Source: Neocallimastix sp. 'constans' (taxonomy: Eukaryota). Taken from it: 43,184 nt of DNA. Location of the stretch: positions 372,001 to 415,184 of the forward strand of contig JBODTK010000150.1 in assembly GCA_050613775.1 (NCBI GenBank), written 5' to 3'. The notes under the pieces were generated by a model. That model saw only the letters and a program-made list of their open reading frames with translations. It had not been told where the DNA came from and did not search any database. Both the position numbers and the translations under genes were made by a program. Shown in pieces: positions 1 to 11,258 of this stretch (the first letter of the stretch is position 1; each line of letters starts with the position of its first letter).

Positions 1-338
1 TGCTTAAAGACCATATTTCTATTACCAAAGCGTTCGCTATAGCTGAAAAAGTTGATCGTTTATCTATTAAAAATAGTACTGAATATTATGATAAGACTCG
101 TTACAATCTCCTTAACTCTAAAAGTAATTTTAATAAGAACATTTCAAATGATTTTAACAAACCAAAAACCCACAAAAATGTATCTATAGAAAATCTCACT
201 AACAAGATGAAAGAAATGAAAATTAGTACTTGCTGGTTTTGTAGCAATGAAGGACATACCAAACGAAACTGTCCTAAATTATATTCTATATTGGAAAATA
301 ACCACAAGAAGTTTTATGAAAATTATTTAAACCACTAA
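1..338 (+). CDS. gag: Gag C-terminus with CCHC zinc knuckle (element 1)
   Basis: Manual translation gives CWFCSNEGHTKRNC; the frame ends at taa 336-338 just after slippery TTTAAAC 326-332. Confidence 0.8.
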   Translation, partial: LKDHISITKAFAIAEKVDRLSIKNSTEYYDKTRYNLLNSKSNFNKNISNDFNKPKTHKNVSIENLTNKMKEMKISTCWFCSNEGHTKRNCPKLYSILENNHKKFYENYLNH

Positions 339-3300
339 AAGGGAGTAGAAGCACTCCCATCGTCAAAAAAATTGCTTCAGTCTGCCATCGTCCCAAAACA
401 GTTGACTTAAAAGAGGATGATGATTATGAAGAAATTGCTGATTTCCAAGAAGGCACTACTACGGATTATTACGAAAATTTTGATGATGAGTCGGATGGTT
501 CCAAAGAATTGGATTACTTAGTAAATGTTATAAAGAGAAAGGCAAATCCTAAAGATGAAGAGACTAGTGACCAAAGAGGAAAGAGGGTTCACCGTAGTCT
601 AAGAGATGATCCTAAGCCAATAGTTACTCCAGGTTTACGAAAACAAAAAGAAAATCAATTAAGGGGAACATCGCGACCAGTCAAAAAGCCAACAACTCAA
701 TTACATCCTTCGATTATGGCTCAACCCAGAATAGAGAAAGAAAAGAGGATTGAGAAAGAGCTAAGAGATAAGGAAAGAGCTAGTACTAGTACTTCTGTGG
801 AAAATAATTAAAATAGTAATGTTAATATTATTAATGAAGAAACCTCTCAGGAAGGAAATAATTCTAAACAAACTTTAAATAAATTAATTCAAGAAAAATC
901 ATCAGAAAAGTCAACTGAAATTATGCCAACTAGAATTCCAAGAAGAATACAAATGCAAACTGATTGTGATAGTTATGACGTGATCAAAGATTTAAACTCC
1001 AGTAATTGCAATATTACATTTGGACAATTATTGGACGTTGCTCCAAAGATACGGTCTCAAGTATCACAAGGACTTAAATTAGAAAAGAATAATACTAAAA
1101 TTTCAGGTGCAGTGGATAATATGTGTGCTACTACAATAATAACGAACAATATAGATCATACATATAAAAGTAAACATCATGAACCACAAGAAGATGATAT
1201 TGCTATGGTTGATGTAATAGTAGATGGAGTTCGTGGTAAGGCTTTAATAGATTCATGTAGCAACTTAAGTATTATCACAAAGCAATTTTTAGATAAATTA
1301 CCTTATCAGTATGAACCTATAGGAGTTAGTGCAGGACGAATACGTTTAGCAACGATGAATGATGATTACTCAGGAGATGTGTTAATCAAAGTTCCCGTAA
1401 AAATTAATTAACTAGAACTACTTGTTACGTGTAGAATTATAGACAAGGAAGATCCATTCTATGATATATTAATCAAACTCAAAACTCAAATTGATAACCA
1501 ATTATTTATACATCCAATTAGATATAGTCTTTGTCGATTTAATGATCAAGGTTTAATTGAAGAAATTAAACCTATTAATAATGAATACGATGACGAAGAA
1601 AAATTATTGTGTGTAATCAAGGCATTGAATCACTAAGAAGCTAAGCAACAATTGAAAACGATTGAAGGATTACCACCCATAAAATATATATATGACACAG
1701 TTTTTCAAAGTACAATTAATTCAAATTATAGAGAAGCTATTACTAAATTACTTGAAGAATATATTGATATAATTGCAACTTCTTCTGAAGAATTAACACC
1801 TTCAGATTTATCACCACACAAAATTATTCTTAAGGAAGGTGTTAAACCTATTAAACAAAAATTTTATCGACTTCGTAAATTAAAAACAGATATCTTAAAA
1901 GAAGAATTAACCAAACTCATATATAAACGATTAATTGAACCTTCATGTTCAGAATGGTCATCACCAGTAGTACTTGTACCTAAAAAGAACGGTAAATGGC
2001 GCCTGTGTATTGACCATAGGAAAGTAAATGAAGCAACTAAGAAGGATTCTTATTCTTTACCAAATAGAGGAAATTTTTGATAGCTTAGATGGAGCAAAAA
2101 TCTTCTCAACATTAGATCTTTATTCCGGTTATCATCAAATATTAATGGATGATGATAGTGTTGAAATCACTACCTTTACAACTAAGTTCGGAAACTACCA
2201 ATTCAAGGTAATGCCCTTCGGTTTAACAGGTGCTCCAGCTACATTCCAAAGAGAAATGAACCGTATACTATTTCCCTTAATAGGAAAATGCATCTATAAC
2301 TTTATCGATGATATTTTAATCTACTCAAGAACTGAAGAAGAACACCTAGAACATCTTAAACAAGTCTTAGAAATATTCAAGGAACATAAGTTAAAAATCA
2401 ATAATGAAAAATGTTCTTTCATGCAAACTGAAGTAGAAGTACTGGGACATAAAGTATCCTCAGAAGGTTTAAGTCCATTGGAAAACAAAGTTAAAGCTAT
2501 TAAAGAATGGAAGGCTCCCTCTAACATTCATGAATTTTGATCATTTTTAGGAGCCATTGGATATTATAGAAATTTCATTAAGGACTTTGCAAAAGTTACT
2601 GCACCTCTATGCACTTTATTAAGAAAAGGTGTTAAGTTTGAATGGAAAAAGGAACAAGAAGAAAGTTTTAAAATTCTTAAGGAAAGATTAATCAATGCCC
2701 CAATATTAAGATTTCCTAGATTCGATAGAGAATTTATTATAAGAACAGATGCTTCCTATGATGGTATAGGCGGTGTGCTTTTACAAAAGGATGATGAAAC
2801 TGGAAAGGAACATCCGGTTCATTATATTAGTAGAAGTTTATCTAAATCGGAAAAGAATTATGGAATTACGGATCTAGAAGGTGCTGCTCTAATTTACTGT
2901 ATTAATAAATTAAAATCTTATATTATGGGAAATCCTAAGCAAACTATAGTATATACAGATCATAGACCATTAATCGGATTACTTAAAAGGAAGGAACCAC
3001 AAATTTCTCGTCATACTAGATGGTGTTTGACTGTCAGTATGTTAGGAATTGATTTACGATATGAAACTGGAAAGAATAATGTTGTCGCAGATGCTTTATC
3101 AAGAATGAAAAATGAAAAAGAAAAAGTTGTCTTAACAACACAAATTATCAAGGAACAAGATGAAAACCTGCTTTCAAGGACCATTAAGGAATTTATTGAA
3201 GAAAAATTTACGACAATTGATGGTGTGGACTACTTTGTTGATGGCAATAATTATAGAAAATTAGTTACAGATACAAAAGAAAAGTTTCAATTAATTTTTC

Positions 3301-4326
3301 AAGCACACAGTATAGGACACGAAGGCTATTACAAGACATACCAACGTTTGAAAAAGAGCTACTATTGGAACAATATGGTTAATGACATTAAGCGAATTAT
3401 AGGTAAATGTGAAAAATGTCAATTAAATAAATCTCAACCATACCCTGAACCAACGGAAGATAAACCAACTGAAGTGGAAGGACCATTTACACACTTAGGA
3501 TTGGACATTATAGGACCTCTAAGTAAAACCAGAAATAATAATCAATATATAATCGTTGTGGTTAATTATTTTACTAAATGGGTTGAGGCAGAGCCCACTG
3601 AAAATGTTACTTCTCAGGATGTGATAAAATTTTTTAATTAATGTATTTGCTCGACACGGTGTACCTCAAATTATCACTACTGATAATGGAACACAATTTA
3701 CATCAGATATGACAAAAATCTTCCTTGATTTATATGATGTATATGTTAAATTTATCACTTCATATCATCCTGAAAGCAATGGTTTAGTTGAGAATCGTAA
3801 TAAAGAAATTGGAAAATTATTACGATTACTAGGACAACAACACAAAGAATGGGATGAAATTTTACCATCTGCACTTTGGGCTTTAAGAACTACTAAAAAC
3901 TCAATCACCAACCTTTCAAGTTTTGAATTAGTTTATGGAAGGGAGGACCAACAACCTTTTGACATTGCTGCCAGACCAACTAAGGGTATAAATAAGTCTT
4001 CTGACGAAATTCTACTGGAAAAATTTGTATCACACTACCAATGGGTAATGGAGGCCGCGTCTAATATCAAAAATGCTTCGAAGTATTGGGCTACTAGGAG
4101 AGAAGAAAAGACCAGTATGAATCAAGCTAAAAGAATAAAACCAGGTGATTTAGTACTAGTAAGAAACTTTAATCGAACTAAATTAGAACCTTACTTTGTT
4201 GGACCTATGAAAGTGGTAAAGAAACAATTCAATACAGTCACTTTAGCTGATCCTGCTACTAATATACAAATGAATCGTAATGTTCATTTGAAAAATATTG
4301 TCAAGTTTAACTCAGCTTCTACCTAG
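330..4326 (+). pseudogene. pol: Pol polyprotein (PR, RT, RNase H, IN) with stops and frameshifts
   Basis: ORF fragments 923-1411 (LIDSCS), 2028-2540 (FIDDIL, MPFGL), 2775-3641 (TDH, ADALSR, HHCC, LDIIGP), 3709-4326 (YHPESNG..E, GPF-like PYFVGP). Confidence 0.93.
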
Positions 4327-4350
4327 CTTGAGTCTTAGCGGGGGGCATCT

Positions 4351-5135
4351 TAATACAGAATGAACAAATAATACTAATTGTGCTAGAATAATATAAATTA
4401 TTCTAACCTTATAGATTATTCTATTCTATATAATTGGAACTTTCCAATATTCTTCAAATATTACTAAATAGAAATCTTAAGTTAATAAATCACCAATTAA
4501 CCTATAATTCCTTTTTGAATTATCGATCCGATTCCATTATAATGTATTAAAAATCTTTAGCCAAGAATATTGTCCTTGCCCACTTAATATATTAATATTA
4601 TATTTCTTTTGTATTATGTTATATTGAAAATAATCAAATCTATTTAATTAGTTATTAAAATTTTCGTTATCAATTTAAATTTATTTTTAATTTCTAAATT
4701 TAACTAAACCACAATAAAATATTCTGTATAATCTCTTTATTTTTATTTTATATATATTAGTATTAAACTATTATTAAATAATTAATGATTCAATAATATA
4801 TAACTACTATTTATAACAATAATATTATTAACTAAAATAATAATTCAATTTCAATTTAAATGTTTTATTTATAAAAATAATTAGTAATTAGTTTATTAAA
4901 AAAATAGTTAGGCTTTACAAATTTTAATTTGATAAAAAAATATAAATACATGTAATTTTTAGTGAAATAAAATATAATCAATAACTTACTTTTATTAAAT
5001 AAATAATTATATTATTATTTTTCTTTTATAAATTTAAATAAATAAACATTGATTTTAAAACAAAATTATTTTTATTGTAATTTTATTATTTGTGTTAATT
5101 ATTATTATATTCCTAAAACTATATGAACCATACCA
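4351..5135 (+). repeat. 3' LTR of element 1 (family A, TA...CA termini)
   Basis: Follows the PPT; near-identical to 29794-30582. Confidence 0.9.
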
Positions 5136-5139
5136 GTTG

Positions 5140-6152
5140 TGGTAAAGAATGAATTAATAACCTTTATTTTATTATTAATAATTCTTTACTAAATTGTACT
5201 TTCCTATATTCTTGATAACCTAAACTTAATAATAAAATTTAATTTATTTTGATATAAATTAATTTTAACTTGTAAATAATGTAAATAAATTTTAATTAAT
5301 TACTTTATTGTTATATTATTAAATATATGTATATATTAAAATACAATTGTAAATATTAAAATTATACTTTTAAGATACTAAATTATTAAAACTATTAATT
5401 AAATATTATTATAAAAATTATTATAAAATTATTAAAATTATTAATTAAATATTATTATAAAAATTATTATAAACTATTAATATTATTAAATTATTAAAAT
5501 TATTAAATATTATTATAAAAATTTATTTATTATAACTATTAAATATTATTATAAAATTATAAAGATTATTAATTAAATTTATTATTAAAAATTATTATTA
5601 AAAATTATTAATTATTATAAAAATTATTATTTAAATATTATCAAATTTATTAATTAAATATTATAAAAATTTTATTTTATTTTTGAAAATAATTACAAGT
5701 ATTATTTAAAATAATTAAAGATTATTAAATTTATTATATTAATCTTTAAAAACAATTTATTTAACTTAAAAATATCAAAGAAAATAGTAAAAACTATTTT
5801 CTATATATTTATTTTATAATTATTTTTAATTAAATTATATTTGAATATTATATTATTATATTTATAAAAATTAAAACAAAAATGAATTATTGATATAAAT
5901 TTAATTCAATAATTCTATAAAATTACTTAAATTATAAACAAATAATTATACTTTAAATTCATAAAAAAATATAAATATTGTAACTATTTCTTAAAAATTA
6001 AATATGTGTACCTCAAAAATAAAATTTTATATTAATAAATAATAAATACTTTTTAATAAAAAGAATTTTTTTTTTGTTAAAATCAAAGCAGGGTAATACC
6101 CGTCCCCCCCTGCTTGATTTTAAATCCATAAGAATCAACCCCGAGTCTACCA
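5140..6152 (+). mobile_element. Solo LTR B
   Basis: TGGTA...TACCA termini; TSD gttg/gttg; start TGGTAAAGAATG resembles families A/G/H (orientation inferred from this). Confidence 0.8.
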
Positions 6153-6156
6153 GTTG

Positions 6157-6620
6157 TGATACGGGATGAATAAATAAATATAAAAATTAATAAATTTAGA
6201 AAAATAATAAAATAAAATTTAATTAAAGTTAAAATAAAAATTATATAGTTTAAAATAATAATAAACAATAAAAAAAAATTAAAAATAAATAAATTAAAAT
6301 AAGAATTATGAAGAAAAAAAATATTTTAGAGATAGAGAAAATAAATATAATTAAAAGGTCTTAGAGAGAGGCCTTAATTGAGATTTTTAGTTAGTAATAA
6401 TTAGTAAAATAAAATAATAAAAGTAATGTTAAAAATGTAATTAATGTAAAATTTAAATAATTATAAATAAAGTATTAAATAAATAATAATAAAATATAAG
6501 TTTTATTTAATATAATTATTGTGTTAAAATTATTAATTGTTTTATTAGAATATATTAATTTTCCTTAAATAAAATATTGCAAGTCCCATAAAAGTATACG
6601 ATTATAAAAATATCGTATCA
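6157..6620. mobile_element. Solo LTR C
   Basis: TGATACG...CGTATCA termini; TSD gttg/gttg. Confidence 0.82.
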
Positions 6621-6624
6621 GTTG

Positions 6625-7521
6625 TGTAAGAATCTATAATTATTTGCTAACAAATAATTATATTTTCTTAGTTAAGTTATTATAACTATAACTTTATTTA
6701 ATTACATATAATATTTATTAAATTTATTTAATTTAATTTTAAATATTCATTAATTTAACAAAATTTATTTAATTAATTTTAAATAATATATTTACAATAT
6801 GTTAAATTCTCTACTGTAACTAATGTATTTTGTATTGTATTTTATTCTGTATTTTATAATGTATTCTGTATTTTATAATGTATTCTGTATTTTATAATGT
6901 ATTCTGTATTTTATTAACTATTTAATTTTATATTTTTAATATAAGGATAAATTATATGATCGAAATATCTTTTATTATTTTATTCTTTTATTTTCGATCA
7001 TTAGATTGGAAAATCGGTTAATTAAGATTTTTTCCAATTACTTTTTAGAAGTAATCGGTTTTACTTAATTAATGCGATGATCGATATGGATAGAATATCG
7101 ATTGAAAACTTATCTAGGTTTTTCTATCTAATCTTTTCCTAGATAAGAGATTTGTTAAGATTAGAAAACCCTTTCTTATTTAACCTTATTTTCATAAAAA
7201 AAATATAAATAAGGCTCTTGAGTTCTCTTTGAGAAATCAAGAGTTATTATTATAAAAAACATAGTTATAATAGTAGCAATTTTATATTTTCAACTTTAAT
7301 AAATTAATAAAAATATTTTATTCAAAAACATATTTTTAAAATCAATTTATACAAACAATTCTTCTCTTACTTTTTGTGTTATTATTATAATTAATTTTAT
7401 AATAAACTCTACTCTAAAGGTAAAAAAATTTATTTTATTTTATTTTCTCAACTTAATGAATTAGTCGTTAAGTTGTAGTTAATAATTCTATTTTGAGTTA
7501 GTTTTTAATAGAATTATTACA
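6625..7521 (+). mobile_element. Solo LTR D (ENE/pseudoknot family)
   Basis: TGTAA...TTACA termini; 5-bp TSD agttg; reverse-complement relative of F, J, K; right end matches 29581-29790. Confidence 0.85.
7013..7165 (+). other. ENE-like U-rich internal loop plus H-type pseudoknot in LTR D
   Basis: ttaattaag-a-tttttt-cc...gg-tttt-a-cttaattaa; cttatctagg/cctagataag crossing ctaatctt/aagattag; covariation in other copies. Confidence 0.65.
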
Positions 7522-7524
7522 AGT

Positions 7525-8061
7525 TGATACGGTACCACACTAAAAACATTGTAAGGAATAGTTTTAGAAATTAGTTAAAGTAATAAATTAAAAATTAATA
7601 ATGATTGGTAGATAATTAAATAAGACTAAATAGTTAGATACATATTTTGATAATTCATTAATAATAAAACGAGGAGTTCTTTTTTATAATATAGGAAATA
7701 TATAATAAAGATACTTCAAAATAACAGGTTTACTAGTAGAAAATATAATAGTTTATAGAGTAATAAATATTAATTATTAAGTGTATAATTAGATAGTTAG
7801 TGAGAAAGATAATAATAAATATATAACTTGTATTTTTATATTTTTGTAAACATTGAGAATAATGTAATAAAAATAAATAAAGAAATAAGAATAAATAAAT
7901 AAAGACAAATCTTTACATTTAAATTATATATTTATATTTATACATTATGTGTTATTATTATATTTATTAGAATATATTATTTTGTTAATAATTCCCTTCT
8001 GACAACGTCCAAACAAATAAAATTATTTAGATACATCTTTAAATATAAAAGATACGTATCA
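7525..8061. mobile_element. Solo LTR E
   Basis: TGATACG...CGTATCA termini; related to 10350-10855 (shared tgatacggtacc start and ttagaatatattattttgt..aattccct..cgtccaaa motif). Confidence 0.82.
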
Positions 8062-8069
8062 TAGTTTTG

Positions 8070-8748
8070 TGTAATAATCTATTTATAATATACTAACTAT
8101 AACTAGATTATTAATATTTTAAGATATAAAAATTTATACTTAACTTTATATAGAGTTTATTATAAACACTAAATATTGATATAAACAAAAAGACTTTATT
8201 TCTTTTAATTTATTATATAGCATTATATAATAATAACTCTAATTTCTTTAATCAAAGAAATTTGAGTTCTTTTATACTTGTTTATTAATAATTATTTTAA
8301 TAGATGAAATTATTAAATAGATGTAATTATTAAATAAATAAAATAGATAAGATAAAGTTAACAAATCAAATAAAGGTATCTAATCTTAACAAATTGATAT
8401 TCAGGAAAAGATTAGTAGAAAAACCTGAATAACTTCGATTAATATTCTAATATATTAATCATCGTATTAATTAATAAAAACCCAATCATAATAATATTGG
8501 GGAAAAAATTAATTAACCGATTACTAAAATCTTATAAATTATCAACTAATTGAAATAATAAAATATAAATAATATTTTTAAGTAATTAATACATTACAAC
8601 AATTTTGTTTACATTATTTTTCAATATATTAATTTGGATAAATTAATATATTTTTTACATGTTAATAAATATTGAAATATAAATGAAATATAAATTAATT
8701 AAATAAGAAGATAGATTATTTTATAAGAAATAAATCTATATTCTTACA
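8070..8748 (-). mobile_element. Solo LTR F (ENE family, inverted)
   Basis: TGTAA...TTACA termini; TSD ttttg/ttttg. Confidence 0.83.
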
Positions 8749-8751
8749 TTT

Positions 8752-9770
8752 TGATAAAGAATGCCCAAATAATGTTCTTTTGGTTATTCATCTTAAATGA
8801 TTTATTTAACCCTTAAACAAATTATTTGATTCTTTATTCTTTTGGAACTTTCTATATTCTAATAAATTAATCTATATTCCTAATTAGTACAAATTAAATT
8901 ATACTAATTAAAAAAGTATATTTAATATTAATTCCTTATCTATGCTACCTTTATTATTCTTATCTATATTTTATTATTATTAAAATCCTTATCAATATTA
9001 TATAGTTTATTTTATCAATTTTCTTTATAGTTTATCAAAATCTTATCAATATTTCTTTTATTAATATTAAACTTATCAATATTAAATATTTCTTTGGAAA
9101 ATTCCAAATTAAAAATTGTATTAATGATTACTAATGAAAAATTAAACATAAAAGAAAATAGTTATATTATTATTATATGTTTTATTATAAATATTATATT
9201 ATAAATTTGATGAAATGATTATAAATTTTATATTAACAATTTAAATAATATTATTTTTCTAAACTTAGTAAAATTAAACTTTAGGATTAAATAAATATTA
9301 CTAAACCACAGAATTAACTTCTGTAAAATAAAAAAATTTGTCTTTTAAAATATATAATTAAGTAGATTAGTAATAAATAATTAGTAATAGATTAATATAT
9401 AAGTATTATTTATTATAAGTTAAATAATAATTATATTAATAATAAAAAAAATAATATAAAATATTTAATAATTAATTTTTATTATACAAAGAAATGGCTT
9501 TACCATTTCTATTATTTTAAAAAAAAAATATAAATAACAGTAAAAAAAAAAATTGTATTTTTTTATATGTTGTAATTTTAACATTGTAATTTTTAAATAA
9601 AAAAAATTAATAAAAGGATTATAAAAAATAAAATTTTAAAAGGTTATCTTGTTTATTTATTTTTTTTTTTTTTTTTTTGTTTATATTAATCTTTTATTTT
9701 TATTTTTATTATTGTTTTAATTTTATTTATAATTTTTGAATAATTTTTATAAAAACCCCGAACCAAACCA
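8752..9770 (+). mobile_element. Solo LTR G
   Basis: TG...CA termini; near-identical to 30587-32040; TSD gttt by reconstruction. Confidence 0.85.
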
Positions 9771-9773
9771 GTT

Positions 9774-10344
9774 TGATAAAGAATGAAAATTTAAAATTAA
9801 AAATAATTATAAAACGGAATTTAAAAATAATAAATTATTAAATTATAATAAAGTAATTAATTTTTAGATTATAAACATTTAAATTATAAAAATATTAAAT
9901 ATTTAAATAATACACAATTAATAATAATTAGATTAAAATAATATAAAATAAACAATAATTGTTTATTTAATTGTTTATTATTAATAGTTAATTTATTATT
10001 TATAAACAGAGTATAAATATAAAAATTAATATAAATAGAAATAAAAATTAATAGTTTTAAAAATTGTTCCTAATTAGCCATTATAAAAATTAGATAATAT
10101 TAATAATAATATTTTAAAATGATTATTTTTAATAAATTATAATTTTAATAAAACAAAATGTATTAATGAATCAATAACTAATTGATTTAATTATTTTAAG
10201 TTACTTAATAAAATATTAAAATAAAATTAAAATTACTTTTATCTTTTTTTTTTTATTAACTAGTATATCTAGTTATATTTGAACATGAGAATAAAGACTT
10301 TTAGTAAGAAATTACTAAATTAACTTTATTTTCAATCTGTTTCA
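9774..10344 (+). mobile_element. Solo LTR H
   Basis: TGATAAAG...GTTTCA termini; TSD agtt; start resembles 27205. Confidence 0.75.
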
Positions 10345-10349
10345 AGTTG

Positions 10350-10855
10350 TGATACGGTACCACCATAAATACCATAATTTAGTGAAACTTAGGTTAGGAA
10401 TTATTTGATAAAATCTTATTGGTTAATAATAATTTAATAATAATATATATAGTTAGTAAATAATAATAGTTTAAAGAATGGTTCTTTTATTAATATTAAT
10501 TTAGTTTATTAATAATTTAACCTATAAACAAGTTTATTAGTATAGTTTAGTGTAGTTTTACATTTAGTTTACATTAATAACATAAGAGATTTTAGTAATT
10601 GATTATATTTTATTGAATGATTTAATTATATTTTAACTAGTTAACAAATATTTATATTGATGATGTATTTTTATTGATGAATGATAATAAATAAATAAAA
10701 TAAATAAACTAAATATTAAAGTGTGAATATTATTATTGTGTGTATTATTCTATATAATATTAGAATATATTATTTTGTCAATTATTCCCTACTGTTATCG
10801 TCCAAATAAAATAAAATAAATATTGATATTGATGTTTAATAAAAATATCGTATCA
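10350..10855. mobile_element. Solo LTR E2
   Basis: TGATACG...CGTATCA termini; TSD gttg/gttg. Confidence 0.82.
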
Positions 10856-10859
10856 GTTG

Positions 10860-11251
10860 TGGTACAAGACCAATTGAAAAATGAAAATTAAATACGACTA
10901 AATTTACATAAAAAATAGAAAATCAAATTAATCCATAAAAGGATAAATTAAATTGAAATTTATATAATTTTTAATTTTATACTTTATATAAGTATAAAAT
11001 TAAAAATTATTAAGACTCTCTCTTTTCCACATATAACTTTATTAAATGTAAAAAATTAGATTGAATGACAATTGATCTAAATTGAGATTTCAATTGATCA
11101 AAAATAAAAATTTAATAAAAATTAAATAAACAATTTATAAAGTAGAATTTAAGTATTTAGTTATAATTTACAACTTTAGTGTGAATTACTTATTATTGTG
11201 AATATTAATATAATTAGATTTAAATTTTAAAAATTCATTTACATTGTACCA
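10860..11251. mobile_element. Solo LTR I
   Basis: TGGTACAA...TTGTACCA 8-bp terminal inverted repeat; 5-bp TSD agttg. Confidence 0.82.
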
Positions 11252-11258
11252 AGTTGTG

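Larger units (their letters stand above)
1..5135 (+). mobile_element. Ty3/Gypsy LTR retrotransposon 1 (5' part outside window)
   Basis: Gag zinc knuckle (CWFCSNEGHTKRNC), then PR-RT-RH-IN order, G-rich PPT at ~4338-4345 and 3' LTR 4351-5135. Confidence 0.95.

Noticed and set aside
7109..7165. Telomerase RNA gene
   Set aside because: Multi-copy inside LTRs and no template visible; only the architecture is similar.
5136..11258. Model in which elements target the start of a pre-existing LTR (right-anchored)
   Set aside because: It explains D, F, J and K but leaves E without a TSD (cagt vs tagt) and does not explain the recurring (t)agt core. A fixed left flank explains these. Disfavoured, not excluded.
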